A DNA stretch of 64,000 nucleotides from Takakia lepidozioides (GCA_030704615.1 CM060731.1:73904001-73968000), one strand, 5' to 3'; counted from the first letter of the stretch, positions 27,401 to 41,049 are shown. The notes: generated by a model not told the origin, from the letters alone. Numbers and translations: made by a program.

Positions 27401-28499
27401 CTACCTAAGATGTCTTTTGAGAGACCTTTTTGCATGTGACACTTTACACTAGTAAGCATTGTGAGTGCATACACACCTACTCTCTATGTACTTATGAAAG
27501 ATGATGCTCTAAACATACAAGAGCCCTAGTGTGATTCATACCAGTGAGGTAGTTACTCTCTTCCCGTTGTCCTGTCGTTCTCTTCTCGTTGTCCTGTCGT
27601 TCTCTTCTCTGCAAGTTCGTTATTCTTTTTTACGTTCTGGCATTTACAATGAAGTTTTGAGCAACAGATAACTATATTCACATGAGTGCTCGTGACACCC
27701 CCATATTGGCCGCACTATACACGGGACGTCGTTCCATCTCCATAACGTAGCTTCTCTGTCGTCGAAGAACAGCGTCAAGTGGACGTGTTGCCGGAAGTAT
27801 TGGAAGGTCATCGTAGTATTGCACGCTGAGGCCCCGCGTTATGGGAATGACGTTCAACGAACGTGTATATCATTGTAGACCCCTATAACGCAGTATCGTC
27901 GCTGATCCATACTTTACTTCTAAAGCTGAACTGCATGAGTGGGATTTGAACCTATAAGATTGCTCAATTGACAGCTCATGCATGAACAAAAAAAATGAAT
28001 CCCCTCGTTGTATGCACCCCTACTTGGCGAAGGGACTGTCACGTACATACCTATGACATTAATGTTATTGAGCATTAGCAGCATCACAAAAGCTTAGACA
28101 ACAGAGCCACTAAGTTGCACCCAAATAAACCTACAATAAACCTACATCATGTGCAACAAGGCTATTCTGCTACAAATGCAGCACCACCAAAATGCCTCAA
28201 GCACTGACATTCAGTTGCAGCTGTATTAGTTAGCTGCACATAAGCTTGTCCAAAATCTGTAGCAACCACATTGAACTGCACTAGCAGACAGGTTCATCAG
28301 ACACCAAAGAGCCAAATTTAGGCCTATATCGCCCATAGAATATATAACATTATATACACCGCTTCCACACAACCACCATTGGCAAGTTGGACTTCAATGT
28401 CCATGTCCGAATCACAAATGCTGATGCACAACCACATGCACCAACCCCTCCTACCACACCGATTTTAACTTGCCCAATTATGCACTCGAGGTCATGATT

Positions 28500-28901
28500 T
28501 ATCTGAAAAATAAAAATAAAAATTTGGACCGTCAGAACTGGCGGTTCCGATTTTATCCGGAAAAAGACTCAAAAATAAAAGCTGGACCGCCAGAGCTGAG
28601 GGTCTCGATTTATTAAATTAATTTTTAAAATTTGGGATCGCTAGATCTAATTATCATAAAAATAATAATAATCTGAAATTTTTTTTTTAAAATTTCAGAC
28701 CACCAGATATAACATGGTAGCTTACGTTTTATAAACTATGCAATATAAAAATTAAAATTAAACAAAATACACAACGTTAAGTCAGTTTTTGAGATAACGT
28801 GACGCACGTCAAGACGTAACTTCGTTCTTGCACGTCAAGACGTAACTTCGGACGTGACGTTGACGTGTAATGCCACGTCACGTCATTTTGTGCAACTAGG
28901 A
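28500..28901. mobile_element. Right end of a related foldback-type element
   Basis: The reverse complement begins CCTAGTTGCACAAAATGACGTGACGTGGCA, similar to the 15189 end. Subterminal GGACCGCCAG repeats are present. Confidence 0.5.
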
Positions 28902-30284
28902 TAAACTCCCATATATCTAAAGTAGTAAGGATAAAAAGCCGGCCTAGGAAATGAAGGCCATGACACCTGCGCAGGTCTTTTCAACTCCGATAATCTTGTT
29001 GAAAGCCCTAAGCAACTTGACAATGATGATAGTAGATGAGGATCCTACGGGACAAATGACAAAAGAACACTGACATCAGCCACAATGCCTTGATGAGCCC
29101 ACCCTTCTTGAGCGTTTCTTAAAGGTTTTTGCATCCATAAAATATTTCTCCGTAAAAAACAAATGCACAGGCAAGCCTTGCCGTATTGTACAAATAGGTT
29201 GTGAAGTATGTAAGTTTACGTGCATAGTAGTAGACTTATCGATGGTTAAATTGATGTTTAGTTGAGGTTATAGAGGCTTTATGTTCATTCCAATTACTCA
29301 GTACAAAAATTGTACGTGGATATCCGGTTCTATAGGCTTCAGACTGATAAGGTCACTTCCAAAAGGAAGACCTACCGGCCCCAAGTCTGGGGGCTTAGAA
29401 AGCATAGTAGGTAACTGCTAGAACAGAACAACAATGGCACAATGAAGCATCCAATTGTCAGAAGACATGAAAGACAGTAAGCAATAAAATGATAAGCATA
29501 TTTAAGCCTTGTTGAATTTTGATAAAACTCACTACGTCTGGTTATATTGATGTATAGAACTCCTCAAGTACATGATACGGCCAGAAGTATCAATATTCTG
29601 TATCAATCCGTTCATGTAACAGCTCTTGACTCTCCAAGATTTGTTTCCTTACATGAAAGACATCACTCAACTTTATCTCATTTTTTTTTTATAAAATTAT
29701 TTGGTTGGACTGTGCAAGTTGGACACAATATGTTATATCTACCAAGGTTGTTTCCATAGTTTTTTAAAAGAAAAGAGGATGGAAACCCTATAAATCATAC
29801 TAAAGATAGAAATGGAAAAAATACGAAAAAGACCATGAAGGCGTATACATCAAAAATTAATCGGTCGCACCTAGAACCGTCCAGCTCCTACGGAAAAACT
29901 TAACCGAAGTCAAAGATTCACTGTTTTACAAGAAAACAACAAGCTAAAATCTAACTATCCCATAGTTTCACATAGTCCTCACATGAAAACAATCTAAAAA
30001 GCATTCTTGTGCATGAGCGTTACGCATCTCAAACTAATTTAATATAAATATTCAAGGTCCAGCTAGTGCAACTACTCTGGTGCTATTATCCTGAAGTTGG
30101 GAACTACATCCTTTAAAAGAGAAAAAAATAGTTCAGAAATAGTAGTAAAAGACAACCATGCTTCCCAATCAGAACTATTGAATTAATCTATTAGAAAAAT
30201 TCAAATGACAGAAAATGATGGGTTTTGTGTCAGAAGAATTGCTTATAATCTCTAGACTGCTCTGATACATGCAAGGTGCTTAGC

Positions 30285-30553
30285 ACAAAGATTTGTATAA
30301 TAGTAATTTATAAGATTAACTTTTGTCTTTCACATGATGCATACACCACAAAGATTTGTATAATAGTAATTTATAAGATTAACTTTTGTCTTTCACATGA
30401 TGCATACACCACAAAGATTTGTATAATAGTAATTTATAAGATTAACTTTTGTCTTTCACATGATGCATACACCACAAAGATTTGTATAATAGTAATTTAT
30501 AAGATTAACTTTTGTCTTTCACATGACGCATACACCACAAAGATTTGTATAAT
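30285..30553. repeat. 63-bp near-perfect tandem repeat, 4.3 copies
   Basis: CACAAAGATTTGTATAATAGTAATTTATAAGATTAACTTTTGTCTTTCACATGATGCATACAC repeated, with one substitution seen. Confidence 0.97.
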
Positions 30554-31456
30554 CAGATGTACTCCCTGCATGTCTTTTCTAGTATGCAAGAATTTATGTT
30601 TTCATATAAGGTAATTACAACCATTTTGCGCTGGCACTACTACCTCCCACACCACCTCGAGCACAAATCCGAACTATCTGTAGCGTCGAAAGGCTTGAAA
30701 TGAGAAGAGTATCGAAGGCAAGACCAATACAGTTGCCGATCCAAAAGCCATGTATAATTGATATCCTCGCATCCCGGGCCAGATGTTGTCTTCGAAGATA
30801 TGCAATACTTCTTGCATAATAATGCCTCAAACACACGCTCTCTGTGCCTTACAGCCCACAATCACTGTTGATCTGTTGGTCTCTGTTACTGTGGAATCCA
30901 ACGCCTCCTTCATTTTGGGATGATTGCCTCCATGTCCCGAGCTTGCATCCCACCAGGCATGGGCGGCCGCTTCAACAATCGCCCACCAAAACAAAATACT
31001 GGGCGACCGTCGCAACGGTCGCCCGTCTAAAGAACACCGATGTGAAGTTAAGGTGCTCTGCTGCAGCCTACAACATTACCATATTACCTGCTCATATCTC
31101 CGACCAAAACAATGAGAGCTTCCAAAGCGGAAAGTATAAATTTCTACACAGGTTCGTAGTCCAATATGGCCTTGCAGGGGGCTCAGATCATGATATCCTT
31201 GACAGATGAATAGATAAAAATGCAGAAAACAACACAGCAGTGGCCAATCAATCAATCTCGTCCGTCTTGAGCACTCATGTTCACCCATCGCCCACATGCT
31301 TGCAGCAATTCGCTGGTGTAATTTGCTGCTCATGCTCTAACTGCGGATCAAATTATGTACACTTGATTAATGTTCTATGCGGCAGCTGGGGCTAATGATG
31401 TGCCTGACATGTGGGGTTGCAAGACTAGGACCAGATCAAGTCTTTGAAGCCTAAAA

Positions 31457-34400
31457 TCAGTGTTTCTCCAACGCCACAATGACAATAGCTTTTGAAGCTG
31501 TTATTTCACGAACAATTTCCACTTTATGGACCTGGGGCCATTGAAGAGGACTTGCCTTCACAAGGAGAGGCGCTTTCAAAGGTAAGGATGAGCTTGTTGC
31601 ATGGACACATTCCACAGCTTCCTTGGACTGCATCATCAACCTTCCATGTTAGAAGAAACAACCACAAACAAGAATCCTCACTGTTTCCCTTTTCTTCACT
31701 CTTCAGCCCAATCTTACTCTTGCCTACCCTCCCCAATTGCAATTAGAGAAACATACCTTTCCTATGCATGTAAAATCAAGCATATTGTTGGTAATCAGAG
31801 TCTATCCTTTCCGACATCATGAATCACTACCCTGGTATTGAAGGGAAAAAGCACAGAAAATCAAAGCAAGAGAGAAGGAACCGTGCCAATGTGTCCCAGT
31901 TGATGCAGAGTATGATGCAAATGAGGGCCACAGTCTGCGTCAGCATCCCACATAAAAGCCCTATCCACAGCCCCTGCGCACACCCCAGTCTCAGCACTGC
32001 AGCTTCCATGTCATTTATCAACCAGAACTTTCTTACTTCTTCCAAAAAACACTTCTCCGAAGAAGTTATTGTCTCCAAATTTGCGAGTAGGATGCAGGGG
32101 CAGTGGGCATCACCACTTCATCATTCTCGGTCTAATCAGTAAGCGATTCAACATGCACATTGTGAGATTGATATGACCAGAAGTACATATAAAACACGTA
32201 TTTAAACATACCCTGCCGTCAAAGTGATGCACAAAGACGAGAACAACAGCTACAGGAAGGCCAACGCCATAATATGCCCCCAAATTGGCACATGCTCCAA
32301 GCTTCTGCCTTCCACTTCCTCTCAATGCACCTTCAAGAGCAGCATTCAAGTTAGACATGTTGGCAAGGATTGTGTGTACATGCAACCACACGTTCCTATC
32401 ATTTTTAAATGTGTGGAAAGCAAGTTCAATCGGTTGTGTAAGGGAAAGACCTGAAAGAACACCTTGAATACCATACAGGATGGCCAGCATTGCAGGATAT
32501 GCTGCAAGTTTGGCAACATACAACACAATCTCCTCTTCATTACTGAAAATCCTCCCCCATAGATTGCGGAGTGAAAACACCAGACCACCCATGAACACGC
32601 CCTGCACCAACCCAATTCCCACAGCCACTGCCAGTGCTGACCGCGCTGAGCGCGGACGTCCTGCTCCAAGTTCATTGGACACTCGCACACTGCAATGACA
32701 TCATCACTTGAGTCTCCTCATCTAAATATTTGAAGAAGGATCTTTTGCTTAATCCTTGTCAGAGTGTATAGACCCTCATCCCCTTCCTCATTTTAGTCTG
32801 CAATGTTTGCATGAGTTTACAAAATCTGCCCCCTTGAATGTCAAACCTGACACTGGGATAAGAATATCAGAGACCTAAGGATATCTATCAAGCAATTTTC
32901 TTGAGGGAGCTGGAAGGTCTAACCTGGCAGCCACGCCCAGAGCAACTGGGACCATGTTGGTCAGTGCGGACACAATAAGACTGCACCCATCACAAAATTC
33001 AGACAGAAAAAGCAACAAATTTAACAGAAAATACAGAGGATACACGCTCAGCCCTGACAATGAGTACCCAAACGAGCAAATCACAGCCTATCCTCTATGA
33101 TGATTCAAAATGAAAGAATGTTGAAGCTGCATACACTCACACTACACCAGCAGCGAGGCATACCAAATTGAAAGGACGGACACCTCAAGTTGTGGATTTG
33201 GAAGCACTCCAGCAATCAATGTCAGCACCTCAATTGACCAGTTCTCCAGGCTGCATAATGCATCCCAGTATGAAACATATATGGGAAAGAAGAAAGGAGC
33301 TCTAGAAAGTCTGTACTTCCAGACCCAGCTTCTGAGGCTGTTTTTTAAATTCCGTTTGATAATGGTCAAACAGCTTTGAATGTAAGAGCTGTTCCTATGT
33401 CACAATCCCCACTGCCTACAAGAGTAAAACCTTCTCTACTCTGAGCTCATAACAGCAACAGATAGAAGAATTCTATTGTGGAGCAATATCTTTATCCTTA
33501 ATTATGGCTACTTAGCGTCAATTATAGTGACCATTTGTATCCTACACTTATTGCAATGCTGAAAAAGGGAGAATGGGGTCAAGAACTTCACCAGAGCATC
33601 ACGGCAGAGGGGATAGCATGCTTGAAAAAGCCACCTAAATCACGAAATGCCTCCTTTGACAATGGAATTAAGGTCTTCTCAAAGTGCGACGAGAACCTTA
33701 CAAATGCGGCATTGAGGACAAGATTGAAGATGCTTGTGAAGCTGGTGGCTACTGCAGCGCCCAGGTATCCCAGATTGAGCTCGATAATGAGCAGCCAACA
33801 CAAGGGGAGATGCAGGACTAAGTTTCCCAGTGAAAGAATCACCAGATGGAAAACTACACGCTGGCTTTGACAGAATTTCACTAATGTGGTGGCACAAGCA
33901 ACGGAAAACAGTGTCGGAACCAACAAGCGCGCATAAGATTGCGCCTTGCTTGCAATGAGAGGGTCTTGGCCTAAGGCCACAAGAAAGGTTCCCATGTAGA
34001 ACAAGGCGACGGAGATGGGTATGGCTGCGACCAAGAGGATGAAAGTACCACGCTGCAAATAGATCCCGAGCATGTGGTATTTCTTAGCCCCGTATGCCTG
34101 CCCGCAAAGCGTCTCCAGTGCGCTTCCCAAACCCATCTGTAGGCCCCAGACGAATCAATGCAGAGATGGTCACTTTTGTGGGATTCCAAAGTAACAAAGT
34201 GTGCCAGGACTTCACCATTGCAGCATCTTTGCTTGTTACGCAGTCCTGTCCTGAATCTTGCAAATAATTTATGAGTGTATTTCTAGATAACTTAGCAGCG
34301 GTTGCCTGCAGTTTCCATCTAAAGAAAATCGTACGTCACAGCCAAATACAATAGAACTTCATTGCACTGAATCCTGGACGAAAGTCCAAAGGCCTGAGAA

Positions 34401-34763
34401 GAAGTTCCAACATACCAGCAGAGTTATGCAAATGAGGGTCCAGAAAGAACTGGCCATGGAGACGGCTGCAAGGTAGAGCCCTCCAAAGTGACCCACAAAT
34501 GCCATGGTCGTCACTGCCATCAAAGCTTGAGTAATATTCACGACAACAATCGGACCAGCCAGCCAGCATTGCTCAGTGACTTCTCCCCATACCCACTTGG
34601 AGTAGCCTTTCTCCAGGGGGTCGTTTGCCACTGGATTGTTTGTATGACCATCAGCTAGTTTGCTCACAGAATAATGTGTTAAGGTGGGGATGGAAGGCAT
34701 TATCGGGGGTGGTGCTTGATCGCAGTTAATCAGAGTCTCTGTCAAAGTATAGCATGTCGTCAT
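31457..34763 (-). CDS. MATE (DTX) efflux transporter, 8 exons, ~550 aa
   Basis: Exons 34763-34416, 34136-33592, 33250-33164, 32980-32924, 32689-32451, 32330-32212, 31973-31887 and 31627-31457 (1653 nt, in frame). Motifs [65 protein letters not shown]. The intron 7 donor is modelled as GC. Confidence 0.92.
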
Positions 34764-36117
34764 CGCAAGAGTTCTACAGGACTTGCACGGGAGAAATAGA
34801 GAGAAATTGTAATGAGATATGATACCTTACAACGTCCGCGGGAAGCTCAAAGAGCTTATAGGACAAGGGAAAGCATGAAACAAGAAAGTAAACAAATTTT
34901 TGTTTCTTCCCTGAGAGGGAGCCTAGCTGTGCACGTGAGCCTGTACGTTACCGATGTCTTGAAGATCCCATAAAAAGCTTACGCATCCACATCCTTGTGC
35001 ACACTCGGTCTTCCTTGATGTACACAGCAATATTATTCATCAGGAAAGCTTTGATTTGGAGAAGGGAGCATGCGGATCATGTGACTTGAGATCCTGGTTC
35101 GTCGTGCAGCCAAGAGGCAAATCTGCACTTACCCTTCATAAATCGCTTCACCCATGAATAAGACCTGAAGATTTCAAAGTACTTGAAATCTTAGGGTGGG
35201 GGGGAATTCCATTGAAATGCCCAATAGAGATCGTTGCCGGGAGGAGGGAGGGGACCGATGATAAAATCAAAGGAGTTGATCATATTGGTCCTGAATTTCA
35301 TACACTCATCATCGTCAATTCTGAGATCTGAAAAGGCAGAGCGGAAAATATCTGAGAGAAACTCCAGCTCTGTAGCTACGCTTGGTGAGAAACTACATAT
35401 GCCGATCTGTTGTAAGTATAAACCTCTACCACATTCTTTCATAACAGATTTATGCTGTCTGAAGTGCAGCCTCGTGAATTGTTCCAAATGCAGCTCTATG
35501 TGCTGGCCTGCGTGACTGCGTCTGCATGGAGGTGGGCCCATCTTCTCTAGTACGAGAACGGTCAGACTTCTTCTTCAAGTGTGCGGTCAAAGAGTTTGTG
35601 TGTCGATCAGCAGGCAGCCAATGCCCTGCGATTCCCGAGACCAAAGCCACATGGCCTTACGCAGCGATCCCAAGTGTAAAGCAAAACGATACCGTGCCAC
35701 ACTAGTGCCTACATTAGCGCCAAATTAGTCCTATTTAGCGCCTGCATCAGTAAAATGCAGCCCTAGTTTTATTAGAAGAAAGTTGGCCTAAGTAGTGGGA
35801 GGATGACATGACCAAGTGAAGAGGCGTGTGGAAAGGTGGGGAAGGACACATGGATGAGAGCACTTAAAATGATGAAATCCTGTACAGCTGCTGCTGGGTC
35901 CTAGTATAAATATCCTTGAAAAATCAAACGGATTTTGCTCATTGAGTGCCAATGTGTCCATCTTTGAGAGGCTTAACATGTTAAGGTGGGGCTTCAGATG
36001 GCCTCAGATGACCCACGGTGGCTTCATATTTAGGGAGGAAAATGACTAGCTCCAAAGAATTGAGGTAAGATTTGTATATGTTGCTTATTGTATCGATGAA
36101 AAGAGTATTAGACTTGA

Positions 36118-36480
36118 AGGTTGTTGGGTCTGGCTCTGCGAAAATGTCGTTACTTTGTTTGTGTTATAGGAGCTAAAGGCCATTTATTGTTGAAAGTAAG
36201 CCTATGTTTCACATAATTCTTCTTATTGTGAGTCCTAGCTTTGTGGAAGTTTTTCCCGAACAAGGTTGCGGTGAGATCCAAGATAATTGCTTCAGGTTGG
36301 GTCTCGCTCTGCGCAAATGTCGTTATTTTGTTTGTGTTATATGGGGGACTTCGGAACTAAAGGCCATTTATTGTTGAATGTAAGTCTATGTTTCACTCAA
36401 TTCTTGTTATTGTAAGTCCTAACCTTGTGGAAGTAATTCCCGAACAAGGTTGTGGTGAAATCCAAGATAGTTGCTTTAGG
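36118..36480. repeat. Tandem duplication of ~180 bp
   Basis: GGTTGGGTCT(G/C)GCTCTGCG...CCAAGATA(A/G)TTGCTT occurs twice (36118-36295, 36296-36480). Confidence 0.85.
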
Positions 36481-37277
36481 TCCAATGTTCCAAAGAATGA
36501 CGAAGAACTTCTTAAGAACCCAATTCAAAAAATCTCATATACCGCGTCGTAGTGCTAGCTTGAATCTTCTAGTAGAGATACAAAGTTGAGGTGTGGGAGG
36601 GGATCTTGGAACAATCTAGATGCCTCACAAATGAACCCGACATTCAAAACCATGACATAATATCCCAAATGACATCTATAGGGACCCTCTAGAAGTCCAA
36701 AGAATTCATCACGATTGACAGTTTTGAAAAAGTTGTATGGTGGATAAATCATATCATCATACCTATTTAAAACAAAAAAAAATAAAAATTTCAGATTGTG
36801 CTAACTGAAAGCATGAAGAAGATTACCAACTTTGGTGAAATTTGCGACATATGAGGAATCTCTTGATCCTTATCATCCTCACGTTCTTGTTGTGTACCAC
36901 CCTTGGGCCTCTGCATGTAAGCCTCCAAATTGTAACCTCAACTAGCCAATCAAAGTTCTTGCATGTTCGATGTTGGGGAGGTAACTTTCATTGTCTCTTT
37001 ATTGCCTATATTTTTGTGCGAGTGCATATCACTCCATCCGTCTTAGATTCATGGATCTATCTACTTAAAGGCCTTCGTTGTGATATTATTTTTGGCTGCA
37101 ACAATTGCCATCGCCAACCCATCACGGTTCCTTTCTTCCTATGGTGTTTCAGCATCGTATCTTATCTTTGTTTGTGAAATGGCCTTCATGATGTCCGCCT
37201 ACATGCGAATCAAACAATTGTCATAAGCATTCACTTATGCACCAACTTATATAATTCCAAAGAACAAGTAATGTAGC

Positions 37278-40200
37278 TGTCTCGGACATAGCCCAGAGGA
37301 ACTTACCAGGAATAAATACCAAAAGTTACCATATTATCAAAAATTACCGTGATCTATCATGATTGACCATAAATTACCATTAGTTATCAAGTTACCGGGA
37401 GTTTACCAAATTATCGAGAATAATTTGGGAAACTGCTTAGGAAGTTTCCTTTGGAAGAAACTTTTCCATCAAGAAACCTCATTTGGAGAAGCCTCTTAGG
37501 GAACCTCCTAGTAGCCAGTATATATAGGATGCAAAACTGGACACTCTTCAGTCTTGTCAATACAAGTTCAAGCTACTCTTGTTCCCAGTCCCAGTACTCC
37601 AATCCAACTTCCAGTACTCTAGTCCAGTTTCCAGTATCTGGTACCCCAGTCCAGTTTCCAGCATTCATGTATTCAAGTCGAGTTCCAGTACCTTGTACTC
37701 TTGTCCATTATTATAAAGATCATCTTGATTCATGTTTACCCACCATGCATTCGGCCATGCCGATCTTGACTTTTTGTCTAGTCTTGTACCTCTACTCTGA
37801 TCTCTTCTTTGTGTCCAGTCAAGTTCTCGTTCTTGACAGTTTGACGAGACTAAAGTTTGTTTCTTAGTTAGTTAAGATGGAAGGCACATTTGCGAAAATG
37901 GTCGCTACATTGCAAAGTCTTCAGCTCCAGATACAAGAACTTCGTACCGCTACCGTCCAATTGCAAGCTGATCAGTCTCAAGATCTTGACAACGCTCTCC
38001 ACAATTTGCAACAACAAATTTCAGAGTTAAAGGAGTCGAACAATGGATCTTCAACCATACGAGTCCCTATGGCAACAGCTTCTACTGCAACGGTTCTTTT
38101 TCAACAGTTTACGAGAGAACCAAAGATCAGCATGCCCGAAAAATTTGATGGGACGAGATCAAGATTTCGCGGTTTTGTTCAACAAGTACGACTGTTCCTA
38201 CGACTACATCCACAACGCTACACCGATGAACGTATTCAAGTGGGCTTCGTAGGCACCCTTCTATCAGATACTGCCTTATCTTGGTTTGCACCGCTATTAG
38301 AAAAAAAATTCGCATTTACTATATAATTTTGAAGCATTCATGTCCAAGTTCACTGCAACGTTTGGAAAAAATGATAGAGAGAAAGTGTAACACCAGGATC
38401 TACACAAACTAGAATAGAAGTACTTCTCAATTTTTTCCCAAAACAACTTGATGCCTTCTAGGCTTTCATTACAGGTTTATATACCCTTTACAATATACTT
38501 ATTTTAAAGGTTTGACTTGAGAGCCTCAAATCAAAGCTTCATAAAGTCAACCTTCCCAGGTTTTACATATTCTCCATAATATGATTTTATCAAAGATACT
38601 TCCTAAAGTCAACCTTCCTAGGTTTGACATATTCTTCAAAATATGACTTTATCAAAGAATTGACCTACTCTCCATAATATGAATATCTTAGAGGTTTGAC
38701 TTGAGAGCCTCAAGTCAAACTTCCTTAAGTCAAACTTCTTCAGATACTTCTTAATTATTCTGGAAACTTCTAGAGAATTTTCATCCTCTATCTAGAACCT
38801 TCTAGATTCTACCCTGTTATAATCCTCCCCTCTTTCAAGAAGCAACGTCATCGTTGTTCGAATTTTCGAAAGCTTGAATTGCCAAGTGAGCATTCGCAAG
38901 ATTTTGCACTGGTTCCCAAGTAGCTTCATGTAATGGAAATTCTTTCCATAAAACCAAATACTCCAACACCTCATGTCGCCCTTGTTTGTATGTGCGTTTT
39001 TTCATAACACGGTCGACCTCCCACTCTTCATTTCCGTCTATCAACTCTGGTAAAGGTTGTGGTTCTTGATTATCTTTGAATATTGATGGTCGAGGTTGTA
39101 ACGGCGTAGTAGAGAAATGTGAAACATCAGGTGGAGTTTTCGTGATCCAATGATGTGTAAGTTGGTTGTATACAACCACACTTGATCCCCAACTGCAAAC
39201 TCCTCATCTCGTCGACGTGCATTTGCATACTGTTTGTGGTGTTTGTTTTCTAAAATTAATGTATACCATCTCTATTCTCTTATCCTAATACAGTATGTAA
39301 ATAGTGCAATCCCAAACCATCCCGTACGTGGTTATTGGTAAAAAAAGGGACGTTTGAACTCATGACAAAGTTCATGAATTTTACTCCAAATTCTGCAACT
39401 AAAAATCTTACAAGATGATGGTTGTCGATGACGCGCACATTGATACTAAATACATTTGGCGGTGAAAAGTGTCTATCTCGATCCATGAACTATGTATATA
39501 CACATATATATACCTTCCAATTTTTAATTATAGGAAAGACGACAGGTCATGGGTTTTGTAACACTTCTTGATATTGGTCATTTCCAAATCTCTGTACTAT
39601 CATATCTCTAATTTCTGCTTTACGACGACATATAATTTTAAACTCACACTCCGAAGGAAAATCACAGAAAGGAGGTTGATATAAGTCCAGAAAATTTTTA
39701 TACTATCGTTATGACGCACCATCACTACTATCTATTCAACAAAAAAATATTAACAACAAAAATCTATAAAAATATATATATATATATATCTTAATTGAAT
39801 CATCCTAAAGAATGTATTCACTCCTAGCTTTAAGAAAGACTAGGCTCTGATACCATTGTAATACCCATGATCTACACAAACTAGAATAGAAGTACTTCTC
39901 AACTTTTTCCCAAAACAACTCGATGCCTTCTAGGCTTTCATTGCATGTTTATATACCCTTCACAATATGATTATTTTAAAGGTTTGACTTGAGAGCCTCA
40001 AGTCAAAGCTTTCTAAAGTCAACCTTCGTAGGTTTGACATATTCTCCACAATATGACTTTATCAAAGATACTTTTTAAAGTCAACCTTCTTAGGTTTGAC
40101 ATATCTCTGATTTAGACCGGTGTACTTGGTGGTTCTTGTACACATTACCCTTCTGTTTTTAGTTTTATGTTTGATTTACTAACACCTTGGTCTGAGCATG

Positions 40201-40630
40201 ACAAAAGGTTATCAAATATGTTCCTGCAGATTGATGCTGTCCGATTCAAGCCATTGACGCCATAAGAAAAACAAAGATGGCGCTCGAATGGATTATACCT
40301 CTATTGCGGAGAAGAAGATCACATAGCATTAAACTGCCCCAACAAGAGAAGATTCAAAGCTCAGGCCGCAACTCAAGTGTTCGATATGAAGAGGTCGGAA
40401 AACGAAGATGTCCAGTCACAATATGAACCACGCGACTGGACACCACAAATTCCTTACCGTAAAAAGGTCTTTTTCTACCTCCAGACCTTGCACCTTGCTT
40501 TATAGTTCCGATAAAAATCAGAGTGCAAAATCGAGATATCTCTGTAGAAGCACTTTTGGACTAAGGGACTTCAGCTTGTTTTATGGACAAAAAACTTTGC
40601 GAAGCAACACAATTTAACGCTAGTAAAGAA
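37278..40630 (+). mobile_element. Truncated Ty3/gypsy LTR retrotransposon (5' LTR, gag, start of protease)
   Basis: LTR TGTCTCGGAC...GTTCTTGACA at 37278-37838. Gag from 37877 (EPKISMPEKFDGTRSRFRGF). Zinc knuckle LYCGEEDHIALNCP at about 40300. Protease ALLD*GTSACFMD at about 40550. Confidence 0.85.
38386..40105 (-). mobile_element. Internally deleted chromovirus nested in the gag of the element above
   Basis: LTR copies at 38386-38821 and 39857-about 40105 (partial), PBS TGGTATCAGAGC at 39855-39844, PPT at 38838-38822, and chromodomain EEWEVDRVMKKR...YLVLWKEFPLHEATWEP. Confidence 0.9.
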
Positions 40631-41049
40631 GAAAGGATGTGAAGAAAGAAAGAAACCAAGAAAAGCACTTCCCCGTCTTCCACCCTCATATGTTTTTGAG
40701 CAGGGAGCCACTTCACACTTTCTACTACACATGTTGGAGATCGCTATCTATGAAATGATGCAATGGATACGGAAAGCTAAAGATTTGCAAAACATGGTTT
40801 TTTTCGTAGGTGACGGTGGTATAACGAACTACCTGTATATCCTTTGGCAGACAAAGAGAATGTACTCACGAGACTTCGTGACCTTAAGACTTGGCCACAG
40901 ACAAGCGCCTGTTGGGCGAGAAAAGAGACTAGATGAAATGAAATTTTCCCCTTGGATACACAAGGCACGACAAACACTTTTTTCTAAAAAACTAGCAAGA
41001 TGGACTTTTTTCATTGCCACATATCTATGATCCAACATGCAGATCTAAG

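Noticed and set aside
29335-29397. Possible hammerhead or twister ribozyme (CTGATAA-stem; CCGGCCCCAAGTCTGG)
   Set aside because: Lacks the hammerhead GAAA core and the twister pseudoknot partners.
30276-30614. Repetitive ORF or CRISPR-like array
   Set aside because: Head-to-tail 63-bp units with no unique spacers, in a eukaryotic context.
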